A stretch of 63,971 nucleotides of DNA, filler included, from Guillardia theta CCMP2712 (Eukaryota; Protista; Cryptophyta), in NCBI RefSeq assembly GCF_000315625.1. It is 5 parts of 5 records of this genome, joined end to end, with 100 filler letters (N's around TTAATTAATTAA, not from the genome) between each part and the next. Parts side by side here need not be neighbours in the genome. Positions count along the whole stretch, not along the records: positions 14,345 to 42,032 come from NW_005434563.1; positions 42,133 to 57,241 come from NW_005434649.1; 3 more parts are not named here. One strand, 5' to 3'. This document shows, in pieces, positions 35,551 to 48,866 of this stretch (position 1 is the stretch's first letter; each line of letters begins with the position of its first letter). The position numbers were made by a program, and so were the translations under genes. The notes under the pieces are model-generated. The model saw only the letters and a program-made list of their open reading frames with translations. It did no database searches and was not told the origin of the DNA.

Positions 35551-35753
35551 TCTGCTTCTGCTGCTGCTGCTGCTGCTGCTTTCATAGATCTTACCGGTGA
35601 CTGCACTCCCTCGCGCAAGCAGCCCCCATGCACGGAGCGCAGGGAGCCAGGCAGCTTCAGCGAGGGGGCCGAGTCCTGCGCATCCTCTCCCAGACCCGAG
35701 CTCGCAAAGAGGAGCATGACCAGGCATGCTGTCACAGTGACCTTGCAGCTCAT
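30535..35753 (-). CDS. Multi-exon protein with C-terminal OTU-family deubiquitinase domain. The 5' exons and start are approximate and could belong to a second gene.
   Basis: Spliced exons give LQELDACLARQG/LRQELVDGDGNCFFH (catalytic Cys, ~31610-31650), LRRQVVQYMRSNPQLFENYLETGESFQTYL, RMSNDGEWAG, and PTLRICLWKQHYWST (catalytic His, ~30610-30655). The putative first exon MSCKVTVTACLVMLLFASSG looks like a signal peptide. Confidence 0.7.
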
Positions 35754-36102
35754 GCTTGCACTGCACTACCACCTGATTCCTCGATCAGAAACATCATGGT
35801 GGCAATGAGACGCAAGCTGAAGACGCGGGACGAGTATGAGAAGAGTACGAGGTACAGATCAAGGAAACAAGTTTCTGGAAGCAGACTACACCATATATGA
35901 TGAGCCGGCAACAAAAGGAGGAATGTGGAGAAGGAGAGCATGGAATTATGAAATTGGGCAGGGGTGAAAGAGAGGATGGAGAATGGAGGATGGACGATTG
36001 GGATAGACACGACTGAGCGCAAGGCATCAACAGGATCATGAGCAGGAGCACGATACGAGAAGGAGCATGATCATGAGAATTATCAGGTTCAGGTTCAGGT
36101 TT

Positions 36103-36144
<42 letters not shown>

Positions 36145-36165
36145 AAGAGAAGGACAAGCAGGAGC

Positions 36166-36202
<37 letters not shown>

Positions 36203-36717
36203 TCAGGATCAGGATCAGGAGCAGCATGAGCATGAGCATGGTTCAGTCACTCGCCTCTTCTTCAACTTGCCCGCTGATGCCATGCGTCCCTCATGCATTC
36301 GATTTGAACTTCTAGGCTGTCCTGCCTGGGCCGGCGATCCGAGTCACACTGCCCGGGCCTGCCCCGGGCCGCCGGCACTGAGCAGTGCAGTGCGTCCGGA
36401 CTCCGGGCCCGCCGGCCGGGCCCGGGGCGGCTCGAGAAAACTGTTACGGAGAGGGAAAGTTACGGCCGGGCCTGTGCGACAGACGGCGTCAGGGAGAGTC
36501 AAGCCTCCTCTACTCTCCTGCCATGATTGTCCTCTGGCACTGATTGAACTTAACTTTGAGTACTTTGAAACTTGCGTGCAGGAGAGCCAACCCTCATCTG
36601 TCACTCAAAGTTAAGTTGACAATCAGTACTAGTACGACTGGGGGACAGCAGTTGGCAGGATTGGGTTGGGTTCTCGCTGTACGGTCTTTTCTCTTCTCGC
36701 CGTTCAGTGGCCTGTGC

Positions 36718-36798
36718 GACAGTGTCCGAGCAGGGTCAAGCCTCCTCGTCTCTCCTGATTGTCCTCGTACTGATTTTTCACTTCACTTTGAGTAAAGA
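36718..36798 (-). repeat. Dispersed repeat copy B (inverted partner of 29672-29747)
   Basis: See copy A. A third, degenerate copy lies at 36498-36562. Confidence 0.9.
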
Positions 36799-38065
36799 GT
36801 ACGACTCTCATCAAACTCGGCCAGTGCCGGGCGCAACTGGCTCGGCCGGGGCTCGGGCCGGGCCCGCAGATACGTACAAGTGGATGGCCAGGCCCGCCTC
36901 ACAGTACGAAAGAACATTCTGATTTCCTTGCCACGTCACTCCACCCCACCAGGGAAAGCATTCGCCCCTCAGCGAGCGTACCCCTTTCAATTTATACCTA
37001 CCAGTGTCCTCTAGAGGAATCTGTACCATCTAGTACCCTACTTCTGCCTCTTGTCTACTACCCTAAATTCAAAGTACCCACCATTGGTGATAGCGACCCC
37101 CCTTCTTTTCTTCACCAACCCACGTGCTTTGGTCCACGTCACCCTGACCACCACTAGTTCAATTTCAGACTACCCCCTTTTGCAGATCTACATCTTCACA
37201 CCCCTGTCTTGATGACTACCCACCTCCATCCTTTCATCAAATATCACCCCTACCTACTCTTTAACAATTCCTGTACAGGGAAAAATAGTCCCTTATGATA
37301 CACCCTACCACCATCTGTTTACCCCCACCCCCTTAGGGCGACAAAGTATTTACATGACCCCTGATCCTTGAATCAGGCACCGGTGGTTTCCGTATTCCAA
37401 TGATCTCATACCACCCAACAGCCCATTACCCACCCCCACCCGTACTGGTTGACCTATACCCTGTGAAGAATCAGCTGGGGTACACATTAGAAGGTGACGT
37501 CAGACCCCCCACCCCCTACCCCCTGAAAATTCCTTTTAAGTACCCTCTTATTTGGATCCACTGCTTGGTGCTCCACCACCCTACCCACTCACCCGCCTCC
37601 GGAATGCCCAGGGTTATCCTACCCACCCCCTCAAATTCACATTCTGCATTCACCTACCCATCCTTGGTCCATTAACCATACCCCAGTTCGTGAAATATTT
37701 ATTCCTTACCACCCCCTTCAGGCTAATCATCTTTGTGGAAGTTTGGTGGGTAGCAGATTGAGGCACCGGTACTTCATAGACTATTCCAGAACCCCCTATG
37801 GTTATTGTCCTGGAGTAGAAGCCACCACCACCCTCATTCCCAGCAAAGGTGCTTGTCGTCTGAGGTTATGCTGAACTATTCCAGAAAACGTTGGCGTGAG
37901 ATTATCAATTGGAAAACGCTGAAAACCGCCATGTTTAACAAACCTTTTCTTCTCTACCCCCACGATAACTACCCCCACCCCTGCTCATTCATTGCCACCC
38001 CCAGCACAGACCGCTTTATGTACCCCACCCCCTTCCACAATTCCACCAGCAGAGGCAACGCCGCC

Positions 38066-40274
38066 ATGAGCACACGCTTCGGGCAGACGCTCCTCCTCCT
38101 CTCGCTCTTCGCAGCGGCAGGAGCTGAGGTTTTCTTCCAGGAGGACTTCGATGGTGATCTTTGCTTCCTCCTCCTCTCTGATCCACGAGATTCCCGCTGT
38201 GTTGTCCTCTTTCGTGATCCATTCCCTCCGTTTCGAAAGTCATTCAAGTGTCTTGTACTCGAGCGTGAATGGAAGTACAGAACTCTTAGAATGATTGTTC
38301 GAGCGTTCACTCATCTTCATACTCATGCGAGAAAATCCACCCCTTGTTCCTCCTCAAATGATGCCCATGTGTATGATCAAGGTTTCGTGCGCACCCTGCA
38401 GTCTCATGTTGTCTTGATCGACGCTATGTTGTGCCTTTGCCGCCCCTCTACTGGACCTACACTCCCTTTGAGTCGTCTTTTCTTCTGACTGAAATTCTTC
38501 TGCCAGATGGCAAGTGGGAATCGCGCTGGGTTAAGAGCAAGTTCAAGTCCAGCGATGAGGGTCCTTGGGAGCTCTCGGCCGGAAAGAACTACGGCGATGC
38601 CAACAACAAGGGTGAGGACAGGGAGAGGTAGAGACGACTTGACTGACATTGCTCGTGCCCAGGTATCAAGACCATGACCGACTACAGATGGTACGACATC
38701 TCCGCCAAGACCCCCTCCTTCAACAACAAGGGCAAGAAGCTCGTACTCCAGTGAGTTATCAGCGTTTACCTCTGGTGCGGTTGGTTGAGATCCTCCCAGG
38801 TACACTGTCAAGCACGAGCAGAACCTCGACTGCGGTGGCGGCTACATCAAGCTCGCCCCCATGAGCGACCAGTCCAAGTGGGGAGGGGACTCCGAGTACT
38901 CCATCATGTAATGCCTGGACAGCAAAGGAGTGAGGACGAGACGTGCTGATGCCGTTCTAGGTTCGGACCTGACATCTGCGGGTACTCGACCAAGAAGGTC
39001 CACGTCATCTTCACCTACAAGGGCAAGAACCACCTGATCAAGAAGGAGATCAAGCCTGAGACCGACGAGCTCACTCACATATACACCCTCATCCTCAACC
39101 CGGACAACACGTACGAGGTCCAGATCGACTTGAACAAGGTCGAGAGCGGTTCTTTGTTGGAGGACTGGGACATGCTCCCCCCCCAAGAAGATCAAGGACC
39201 CCAAGGTGTTGTTGCTGCTCTCCTGCTCTCACCGTGTCGTTGAACGCTGTCATGGCAGTCCTTCAAGCCCGATGACTGGGATGAGAACGAGGAGATCGAT
39301 GATCCCAAGGACAAGAAGCCTGACGGCTGGGACGACATCCCCAAGCAGGTGAGGAGGAAGGGAGCAGAGGCTGAGGTCAAAGGCTGACGAGGATGCAGAT
39401 CGTCGATCCTGACGCCAAGAAGCCTGACGACTGGGACGATGAGAGTGACGGCGAGTGGGAGGCCCCCATGATCGACAACCCCAAGTACCAGGGAGAGTGG
39501 AAGCCCAAGAGGATCCCCAACCCCGCCTACAAGGGCAAGTGGGAGGCCCCCGAGATCGACAACCCTGACTTCGTGGACGATGCTGAGTGAGTGGCTGTGT
39601 AGCATCCTCAAGACTCGTCTGACTTGTGGTCGTCAGGTTGTACAACGTTGTCAAGGACAACGGCCTCGTTGGCTTCGAGTTGTGGCAGGTGGGAGGAGGA
39701 GGAGACGTGGATGCTTGTTGAGCTGGTTGTCCCGATGATTTGACATGTTCGCTTATTCCCTGAGCAAGTCTGTGCTGAAACTTCACTCTTGGCTGTGTAT
39801 GAGGGCCCGAGGCCCTCGATGTGACCGGTCGGTCGGTGGCTGGTGATGACTTGCTGGGCAGGTCAAGGCTGGCAGCATCTTCGACAACATCTTGGTCTGC
39901 GACGACCCTGCCTATGTGAGCAGGACGAGGGGAAGGAGCAATGGGGGGGCGGGGGAGGGAGGCGAGTAGGGGGGGTGGGTTATCAGAGGAGGATGAAGGA
40001 AGGAGGAGAAGCATGTGCTGACGGTTGCGGCAGGCTAAGGCCCAGGCGGAGAAGAACATCGTTCCCCTCCAGAAGGCCGAGAAGGAGATGAAGCAGAAGA
40101 AAGACGACGAGGAGGCCGAGCAGCGCAAGAAGGAGGACGACGATCGCAAGGCCAAGGAAGCCGCCGATGACGACGATGATGATGTCAGAGGAGGAGGTGG
40201 AGAAGAGGCGAAGACTTGACATTTGTTGGCAGGATGATGAGGACGATGATGACAAGAAGAAGTCCGAGCTATAA
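38066..40274 (+). CDS. CALR: Calreticulin (multi-exon)
   Basis: Signal peptide followed by EVFFQEDFD, then [45 protein letters not shown]-domain repeats ([40 protein letters not shown]), [17 protein letters not shown], and an acidic tail ending KSEL*. Confidence 0.97.
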
Positions 40275-40819
40275 GCAGCTTCATCGTCATCGTCTTAAGA
40301 AAGATAGCGAGTGATTTCAATATTACATAAACCACGAAATGCCTGAGTTGTGATGAGACGTTCTTGTCTTGTTGTTGATTCCTTTATTGTCATCTCCTAC
40401 TGCTGGTTGGCAAACTTTGACAACTGCGCGACAACATCGGGATCGACTTCTGACATCACCTGGCGCAGCAAAGTGAACAAGCGAACCCAGTGTCTCCTAC
40501 ACTGCCTGCTGCGAAGAGGTTCCGACCTCGTTTTCCTTCACTCTTTCCCTCCCTTTCTCCTTCTCTCACCTTTTCGTATGCTTCTCCTCCAAGGAGGGCA
40601 TGTAGGGATTGAATCTGCGACTGTACAAGATTGCCAAGATGAACATCTGACGGGGACCAGGTGAGGAAAGGAAAAGAGGAGAGGACGAGTGCGAGGAGGA
40701 GGATGGGTAGGTGGAGAANNNNNNNNNNNNNNNNNNNNNNNNNNNNNNNNNNNNNNNNNNNNNNNNNNNNNNNNNNNNNNNNNNNNNNNNNNNNNNNNNN
40801 NNNNNNNNNNNNNNNNNNC

Positions 40820-41050
40820 CCCGGCCAGCACAGACATGGTCTTGGTGGTCAGGTCCAGCTGCATGATCGTGCTGTTGTACGGCGCAAGACACGTACAGTC
40901 TGTTGTTCGCGGAGTAGACTGCCAAACCCCATTAGCAGTTGAGGAGGATGTGGAGGGCCAAGAGAGGAAAACTTTACCCGTATGTGCTGGTTGCCCATAG
41001 AGTGCGCAATCCAAATGGCGTATGGAGCATGTGATTAGGTCAATGACCAA
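40820..41050 (-). CDS. Fragment of a possible NHL/beta-propeller repeat protein
   Basis: LAVYSANNRLYVSC and NSTIMQLDLTTKTMSVLAG occur in adjacent frames next to an N-gap. Confidence 0.3.
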
Positions 41051-41699
41051 AGGACTGTCAGCTTGACTCGCAGAGCAGAGTAGGAGCAGAGGGAGAGCAG
41101 AGGACGAGCAGAGGAGGAGCAGAGGAGGAGCAGAGGAGGAGGGAATACGAAAAGGTTCAAGGGACTAGAACGCTTCCTCACTTTGAAAGAATGTCTCCGA
41201 AACCCTACAGCACGTCAGATGACGGAAGGGAGAGAGGGGAGAGCAGGAGCAAGATAGCAAGGAGGAGGATGAGGAGGATAGGGAGGAGGGAGGAGGGAGG
41301 AAGGAGGAATAGTCGAACCTGAGGTGCTGCTTCAGCCTGGCAGGGAAGGAGAATATCTTTGCGTTCCTGAGAGGTATGTCAACAGCACCAAGGAAAACAT
41401 GGAGGAGGAAACTGAAGAGCAGTTGCATTATCATGTTGTTGACGACGACGATGATGATGATGATGCTGTTGTTGCTGATGATGATGATGGAGATGGAGAT
41501 GGAGATGGAGATGGAGATGATGATGATGGTGACCACAAAGGTGATGATGGCAGATGGTTTGTTTTCCACCTGCAGCATAACCTCGTTGACAAGGTTGAGA
41601 ATCGCAGGAAGACGATGAAGAATTCCCAAGTCTACCACGTAAATATTAGCAACAAACATCATTGCCATCGTTTCCATCATTTCCATCATCATCATTATG

Positions 41700-41802
41700 A
41701 TTCCAACCACCACCACCACCACCACCACCATCGTCGTCGTCGTCGTCGTCATCATCATCATCATCATCATCATCATTCTCATCATCATCATCATCATCAT
41801 TC

Positions 41803-41857
<55 letters not shown>

Positions 41858-41890
41858 CATCTTCATCATCATCGTCGTCATCGTAATCAT
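41700..41890. repeat. (CAC)n/(CGT)n/(CAT)n compound microsatellite
   Basis: Read directly. Similar simple repeats occur at 31740-31808 (GGGA), 31960-32060 (CAT/CGT), 32308-32352 (GAG), 36100-36240 (GAGCAG), 42484-42523 (CT) and 57194-57240 (GAG). Confidence 0.95.
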
Positions 41891-42477
41891 TACCTCTCGA
41901 GACCATCATGTTCAGAGCTGCCACAGCGACTATCCTTCGCTTTCTTGCAAGCATGAGGTTGTCTACCCGAGCAATGCAATGATCCAAAACATGTGGAGGG
42001 CGTGTTGAGATCCGAAGTTGCAGTGCGTTTGCNNNNNNNNNNNNNNNNNNNNNNNNNNNNNNNNNNNNNNNNNNNNTTAATTAATTAANNNNNNNNNNNN
42101 NNNNNNNNNNNNNNNNNNNNNNNNNNNNNNNNCTACAACACAGCAGCTCGTACTTCTTTCCACCGGTCTACATCGTCATCATTTCCAGCGCACACCTTCA
42201 TCTCACTCTTTCTCATCTCGCAGCTTTCCCGACATCTCTACAAAGTCTTGCTCACCATCCTGGTAGAAACACACGCGTCGTTGCCGAAGAAGCGTCTGTC
42301 GGTGTAGATGACCCCGATCGAACCTCTCTGTCTCCTCGTCAGCTCACAAGGGCTGCCTTTCCTTGACTTCTCTCCACTTCCTTCCCCTCCACCATTCTTC
42401 CATTATCTCACTTCACCTCCCTCCTTTTTCTCTCCTCTCCTGTCCTTCACCTTCACCTTCACCTCACCTCACCTCTC

Positions 42478-42523
<46 letters not shown>

Positions 42524-44717
42524 NNNNNNNNNNNNNNNNNNNNNNNNNNNNNNNNNNNNNNNNNNNNNNNNNNNNNNNNNNNNNNNNNNNNNNNNNNNNN
42601 NNNNNNNNNNNNNNNNNNNNNNNNNNNNNNNNNNNNNNNNNNNNNNNNNNNNNNNNNNNNNNNNNNNNNNNNNNNNNNNNNNNNNNNNNNNNNNNNNNNN
42701 NNNNNNNNNNNNNNNNNNNNNNNNNNNNNNNNNNNNNNNNNNNNNNNNNNNNNNNNNNNNNNNNNNNNNNNNNNNNNNNNNNNNNNNNNNNNNNNNNNNN
42801 NNNNNNNNNNNNNNNNNNNNNNNNNNNNNNNNNNNNNNNNNNNNNNNNNNNNNNNNNNNNNNNNNNNNNNNNNNNNNNNNNNNNNNNNNNNNNNNNNNNN
42901 NNNNNNNNNNNNNNNNNNNNNNNNNNNNNNNNNNNNNNNNNNNNNNNNNNNNNNNNNNNNNNNNNNNNNNNNNNNNNNNNNNNNNNNNNNNNNNNNNNNN
43001 NNNNNNNNNNNNNNNNNNNNNNNNNNNNNNNNNNNNNNNNNNNNNNNNNNNNNNNNNNNNNNNNNNNNNNNNNNNNNNNNNNNNNNNNNNNNNNNNNNNN
43101 NNNNNNNNNNNNNNNNNNNNNNNNNNNNNNNNNNNNNNNNNNNNNNNNNNNNNNNNNNNNNNNNNNNNNNNNNNNNNNNNNNNNNNNNNNNNNNNNNNNN
43201 NNNNNNNNNNNNNNNNNNNNNNNNNNNNNNNNNNNNNNNNNNNNNNNNNNNNNNNNNNNNNNNNNNNNNNNNNNNNNNNNNNNNNNNNNNNNNNNNNNNN
43301 NNNNNNNNNNNNNNNNNNNNNNNNNNNNNNNNNNNNNNNNNNNNNNNNNNNNNNNNNNNNNCGAGCAGAGCTAGCGCCCACCTGCTGTGTGAACGATGAC
43401 ATGCAGGAGCTGAAGGCGAGCAGAGCCTCATGCTTGAAAGACAGGAGGAGCTTGAGGGTTCAGTCGTGTCCTGACGCCTGTCAGCATCAGCTAATCGTGC
43501 TACCATGTTCGAATTCCTTTCCTCTCTCGCGTTTACTTCCAATCCTTCCGATCCTTCGCTGCTCGTCGTTTCATCGTCTTCAAAGTCTCTTGCACATGAA
43601 CGAGCTGGTCTTCCTCGTCTCAGCTTCACTCGATACTCCTTCCGTGCTGCTGTTTGCGACTCGTAAACCAAGGCTCCCCACCAGTCGTCTTCCGTTTCCT
43701 CCTCTTCCTCCAGCATCCAAAACGTTTCAGACCCCCTGCATGGCTACTCAGAGGAGCTTCGAGAGTGGCAGCGTTCACCGTCTTGTGCCGCAAGGACGAT
43801 GGAACGTGAGATGCACGAAAGTTCCGACGGGCCCGACAACCTGCCAAGGGGGTTAAACGGCTACAAGCGACAGCAAGCATGACCATGGACGAGATCTCTT
43901 CCACACCCATCCCACCGACATCCACGTCGTCAACCTGCTGCTGTTAGCCGGAAGCTTCCATGCACCTCTTGTCATCTCTTGTCTCACCTTCACGAGCAGG
44001 TCGAACACATGGATCAGTCTGCTGCTTCTTGCCGACCCACCTTGAGAAAGTCTGAACTCCTATACTCTCACGATTCAAGCTACCTCGGATCAGCCCTTCG
44101 ACTGTAGTGTCCATATCATCTTCCTCCTTGAGCTCTTGTCCCAACACAATGCCAACTCCCGCCAGCTCTCCTGGCGAGGCTCTGGTTCATAGAGGCGTTA
44201 TTCCAGTTGATTGGCGCTCTGTGGATGGCAACTCACGGAATTTGTCCATCCGTCATGTTAGTGGCAAGATATCCTGATGAAAGTGCAAGGAGACACTGAT
44301 GTCATGGTTTCCTCTTGTCTCTCCCCCTCCCCCTCCCCCTCCTCTTCCTTCCCCTCCTCAGTCAGCCCGGCGGTGCAGATGCCATCTTGCCAGGTTTGTC
44401 GCCGAGTTCACCTCAGGACCAGAAATGACAAGTGATCATGAATAGGTTATGAGCCTCCCCCTCAGGCTCCGATGGGTCCGACGTCAATGCCGGGCCGCTC
44501 CCTCCGGCTACCGGGCCCAGCGGCCCGGCGGCCGGCGATCACCCGGCGGCCCGGCGACCTGAATATTATTGAGTTACTAACTAAGGGCTAAGTTATTAGA
44601 GTCCCGGCCGGGTCCGGGCCCCGTGACCCCGTGACCCACTGACGAGTGACTACGAAGTCAAGGGCTCCGGGGCGGGCGCGTGCACTGTCGCATAAAATTA
44701 CCCAGCAGAACCCTGAA

Positions 44718-45944
44718 ATGACGCCGGGGGTATGGCGGGAGCGACACGTGATGTGGGCGCGGCTGAAGCGGCAGAGGACGAGGCTGCTGGCTCATCCCAC
44801 AACCCTCATGCTCTTGGCAACACTCTCTTTGCTCCTGCTTGCTTGCCTTCTGTTTGCTGCGAAGACCCGGTACAATTGCGGGTTCGACACGACTTGCTGG
44901 TGGGAAGGAATGGAAATCCAGGAAGTGCGAAAACTATCCAAGCACTATGACCCTCTTGAAGGAGGAAACAACCAAATCTTCGTGTATGATCAAGGTGGGG
45001 TGAGAACACTCAAGTTTGGCAGCCTCAAGTCCGTGCGACAGGCAACTGCTGTGGTAGTGTATGCCTTGTCCTGTTTTGTCCCTTTGATGACTTTGGAATG
45101 GCAAGGTTGGAAATCCAAACATCTTCACCATCCCCTGCTCCTGCTGCATGGCGTCCATGGTTGAATGATGTGCCCTGAACCATCCATGACATCTTTTGCA
45201 GCTCACCCTCCTCCTGAGCTTCTCCCCTCCCCGCAAGATCTTGATCTTTGGGATGGGTGGGGGTATGATTCCGGCGTACCTGCAGCATCAGTTCCCTTCA
45301 GCGTCGATAGACATCGTTGACCTTGAGAAAGACATCTTTCCCATCGCATTCACCTGGTTCAACGTCGTTGAGCGCCCGTCGACCAGGACCTTTGTGGCTG
45401 ACGGGCGGCGCTGGGTTGGTGGATGAAGAAGTCAGAGAGTTTGCATCTGACTTTTAGTCCAGCTGAATGACTACAAGGAAGCTCAAGGAAGATATGATGT
45501 TGTCGTGCAGGTTACGATGTAGCCATGCGGCTCAAGGATGCCAACATCTCTCGCAGGACGCTTGCGCTGGACATCCTTGCTCAATGTTGACTGTGGAGGG
45601 GCTGACGATCATCAGAGAACGAGTTCTCGCTGAACATGGCGTCATCGTTCAGAACTTGTTTGGGGTGAGGAGATTGTTGAGTTGATGTCATCGCTGACCA
45701 TGATCACAGAGCCAGGTGAACGTCCTGAGGACGTATCAGGAGGTTTTCCCTTCAGTTGTCCTAGTGGATACCGGATTCTCATCGAAGGTAGTGCTGCATA
45801 TTTCAATTTGAAGCTGATTGTTTACACTCACTCCAGATCATTGTGAGTAGCTCCGAACATCTTCCAACAAGACAAGCATTCCTGGATCGGTCAAGACTCC
45901 TGCAGTTCATGGAGAGAGGACCTCTGTATGAAGAGCTGCTGTGA
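44718..45944 (+). CDS. SAM-dependent methyltransferase, spermidine-synthase-like fold, with N-terminal membrane anchor (multi-exon)
   Basis: RKILIFGMGGGMIPAYLQHQFPSASIDIVDLE...FVADGRRW, then YDVVV-QDA and GVIVQN. TM segment LMLLATLSLLLLACLLFAA. Confidence 0.75.
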
Positions 45945-47768
45945 TGTTTGACTCTCATGTGACGTGCTCTCTGGTCCAATGCGATGAATGCATGATCTGC
46001 ACGGTTGCGGGATGAAGATGCTACTTCCATGGTCTGAAGAGCGGAACAAGTTCCGACATGAAGCTGTCGACCTTAGTGAAGGTAGAGCATCAACTTCTGA
46101 TGTAAAAGACTGACTCATGTGAATCTTGCCTCTTCGAATTCTGAAATGCAATTGGCAATGATAGAATCATCTTACAGTCGCATCGGAGCCGTTGCTCGCC
46201 GTCAATCCAATCTTTGACAACAACACAGATCTTGTGGAGTTGGAAAAGAAGCGATGGGGTGAACTGTGAACAAGATTGAACAGGAGGACAGGGAACTGCT
46301 GATCATGGAAGAGAAGTGGAGATGCTCTACAGGAGGAGCACCTTGAGAGCAAAGCAGAGGAGAGGGGAAGAGAGGGGAGGATTGGAGAGCAGAGGAGAGC
46401 AGAGGAGAGCAGAGGAGGATGAGGGAGGTGCTCCCAGGGAATGATTCCTTTCCCTCATCGACGTCATCGTCAGATAGAATCGATCGTAAGTGAACCTTGT
46501 GGGCACCTGGTGAGCAATGCGGGCTTTCAAGGCAGGAGAAGACTGCGATGGAGATGGTGGTCGGACTTGCTGCGATAAATCCAATGTGAATCGCGATAGG
46601 AACCATCCAAGGCCGACGGTAGGCGAGATCAGGGCGCCGGAGGGATTGAGGTTGTAGAGGATGAGGCTGATAGTAACATGAAACGATCAACGGGAACCTT
46701 TTCATGCTCTCTGCGCTGCTCCCTCCAACGGAAGTCTTTCTAGTAGCTGGTTCTCAGTCACGGTTGTTAGCCGGGCCCAGGTATAATCATACGGTAGCGC
46801 ACACGGCTTCACTTAGTCAAGTCCCCGGTAGCCGTCTTGATGGATCACATACCAGCCGGGCCAGTCAGATAGCGCCGAGTTAACAATACTCTCCTGTAAA
46901 CCACGACTCTTACGTGTTTTAAAGGCGGCAATGTAGCGTGTGGGACGAAGAGGGGGCTTTCCTAGCCGTCTTGCTAAGGTCCTCTCATGTCTGGATGCTT
47001 GGGTTTCACATCCTAGCATACAGTCTATCTCTCATGTGCTCCTCAATTCTGGTTTTGTCACTGAGGGTGCATTAAACTCGGTCTTGAGCAAAAACTGTCT
47101 TGTTACAACTAAGGTCGATGTGCCATGATATCTGCGTGACTTTCAGGGCATAGTACAAGTCTAACAAACTTGTGCCCCTAACACTGCCAGGTTTTGGGGA
47201 CAGCAGTGGGCAGGATCAGGGTTGTTTCTCGCTGTCCGATCTGAGGAAGGCCTTCCTAGCTGGCCTCCGTGGGTAGTATGATCAGGCTCGTCAGTTATCA
47301 TCTGGCCCCGCCAGGCTTTCTTGCCACGGATTCTTACTACTTTGAGTAAAAGATTTCATGTCGACCTCGATACCGAGCCTCCGAGTGTTCTTTAGTAGCC
47401 GTATGATTTGAGTGCGCGGCCCGAGGGCCGGGTCGGGCCCGGGATAATGGATTCTCTGAGGCGAACCCGGCGTCTAAAGAATTTGAAGTCAAACTGAACG
47501 TTGCACGACGTGGAGGACGGAATGGGGGGGAGAGGAGGAGAAGCAGAAGGGAGAGGAGAAGGGAGAGGAAGAACTTGACTTGACTAGGAGGAGGATGAAA
47601 AAGAAGAAGGAAGGCATTCAAGAAAGATGAGGGAATCAAGAAAGATGAGGGAAAAGATGATAGTTTCATCTGGAAGAGGATCCGAGTAAGGTTTTCGGCT
47701 TGAGTAGAAGGAGTCAAACATTGATAGGAGGAGCTTGTGCGCTCGTTGTTGATGATCGTCTTTTAGGC

Positions 47769-48866
47769 ATGGCATTGCCCTGTTCCGTCCTCGTCTATGA
47801 AGAAGAAATCTCTCAATTGAAGGAGAAGCTCCGAAGGCAGGACAGCGAGCTCAAAGATCTGCATGCTATGATATGGGGGGAGTCGCAAGATGGACGCGCG
47901 ACATGGGTCCCAGAGGAGCAGCAGGAGCACGAGTTTGCGTCGGAGCGCGAGGTCAAGGATGGAGATGGAGGGTTGTCTGCAGTTGAGGAGAGGGCAGGCC
48001 ATCATCTCGACGAGACTGTATCAGTGAGCTCTAGGCACGGCAGCCCCGACAAGAAACAGGCCTCACCAGCCGACCAAGTGAACATGTCTGACCTGTCGCA
48101 GAAAGAGACTCCCTTGCTGTACCATGATGAGCCCAACAAGGTGCAGCAGGACTGGATGATCAACTTCAACATGGTCTCTTCTCCTCCCCGCCCCCTTCGC
48201 GATGATACGATGCAGCGAGAAGCTGAGGAGATAGAGTCCTCCATCCGCCACTTGGAAGGGACTCTTTCTGTTGTCTCTCGACTTCACTTTCATGCGGGAG
48301 AGGCTGTCCACAGGCTTGCGACGCGAACGGCGATGGTTCATGATGAGATGCAGAGACAGATCAGAGAAGTGCTGCGATGTCTGGGGAAGGTAGAGGGTGT
48401 GATGGGCGACGTGATGGAGGAGATCGAGAGAGCTCACGAGGCTTCCATGGTCGATGTTTCAGTCCAGACAGAGCCTGAGGCACAGCAAGCGTTCCAAGAG
48501 TCGGTAGAGACTCAACACAAGTTCCACCTTGTAGACCGAAACAACCTCCTGAGTCAAAGTGACAACACAGAGGGGGACGATGAAGAAACAAAGCTGGAAG
48601 GCAAGGCTGAAAGTGAGCAGCGGATTGCCTCTACGATTGGAACGCTGCCGACCCGCAACTCCTTTACTTCCTCCGTGATCCTTTGCTTGCTGAGCTCGAT
48701 CCTCTTGTGTAGCGTGTGCTTGTCTTCGCTCATGCAGATCAGCGAAGTCTCGTCTCCTTCCTCTGGTCTTGCGTTGCAAGTCTCTTGTCCTTCAGACGAC
48801 ATCATGTTCAAGGAGATGTTCGCCAGCGACCGATACGTCCTCGTCGAAGAAGCGTACTATGACAGG
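47769..48866 (+). CDS. Hypothetical coiled-coil protein (further small exons likely to ~49.3 kb)
   Basis: Long ORF with host-like codon usage and heptad segments (EEEISQLKEKLRRQDSELKDL). No family recognised. Confidence 0.55.

Noticed and set aside
41165-42008. Poly-His, poly-Met, poly-Ile and poly-Asp ORFs (also 31877-32510, 34839-35393, 36036-36315)
   Set aside because: These are translations of trinucleotide and hexanucleotide microsatellites, mostly intronic.
42308-43856. Long ORFs of 300-500 aa (also 5165-6067)
   Set aside because: They are open only because they run through N-gaps.
43363-46705. Possible minus-strand genes at ~43.4-44.4 kb and ~46.0-46.7 kb
   Set aside because: Exon-like pieces are present, but no recognisable domain or consistent gene model could be built by eye.
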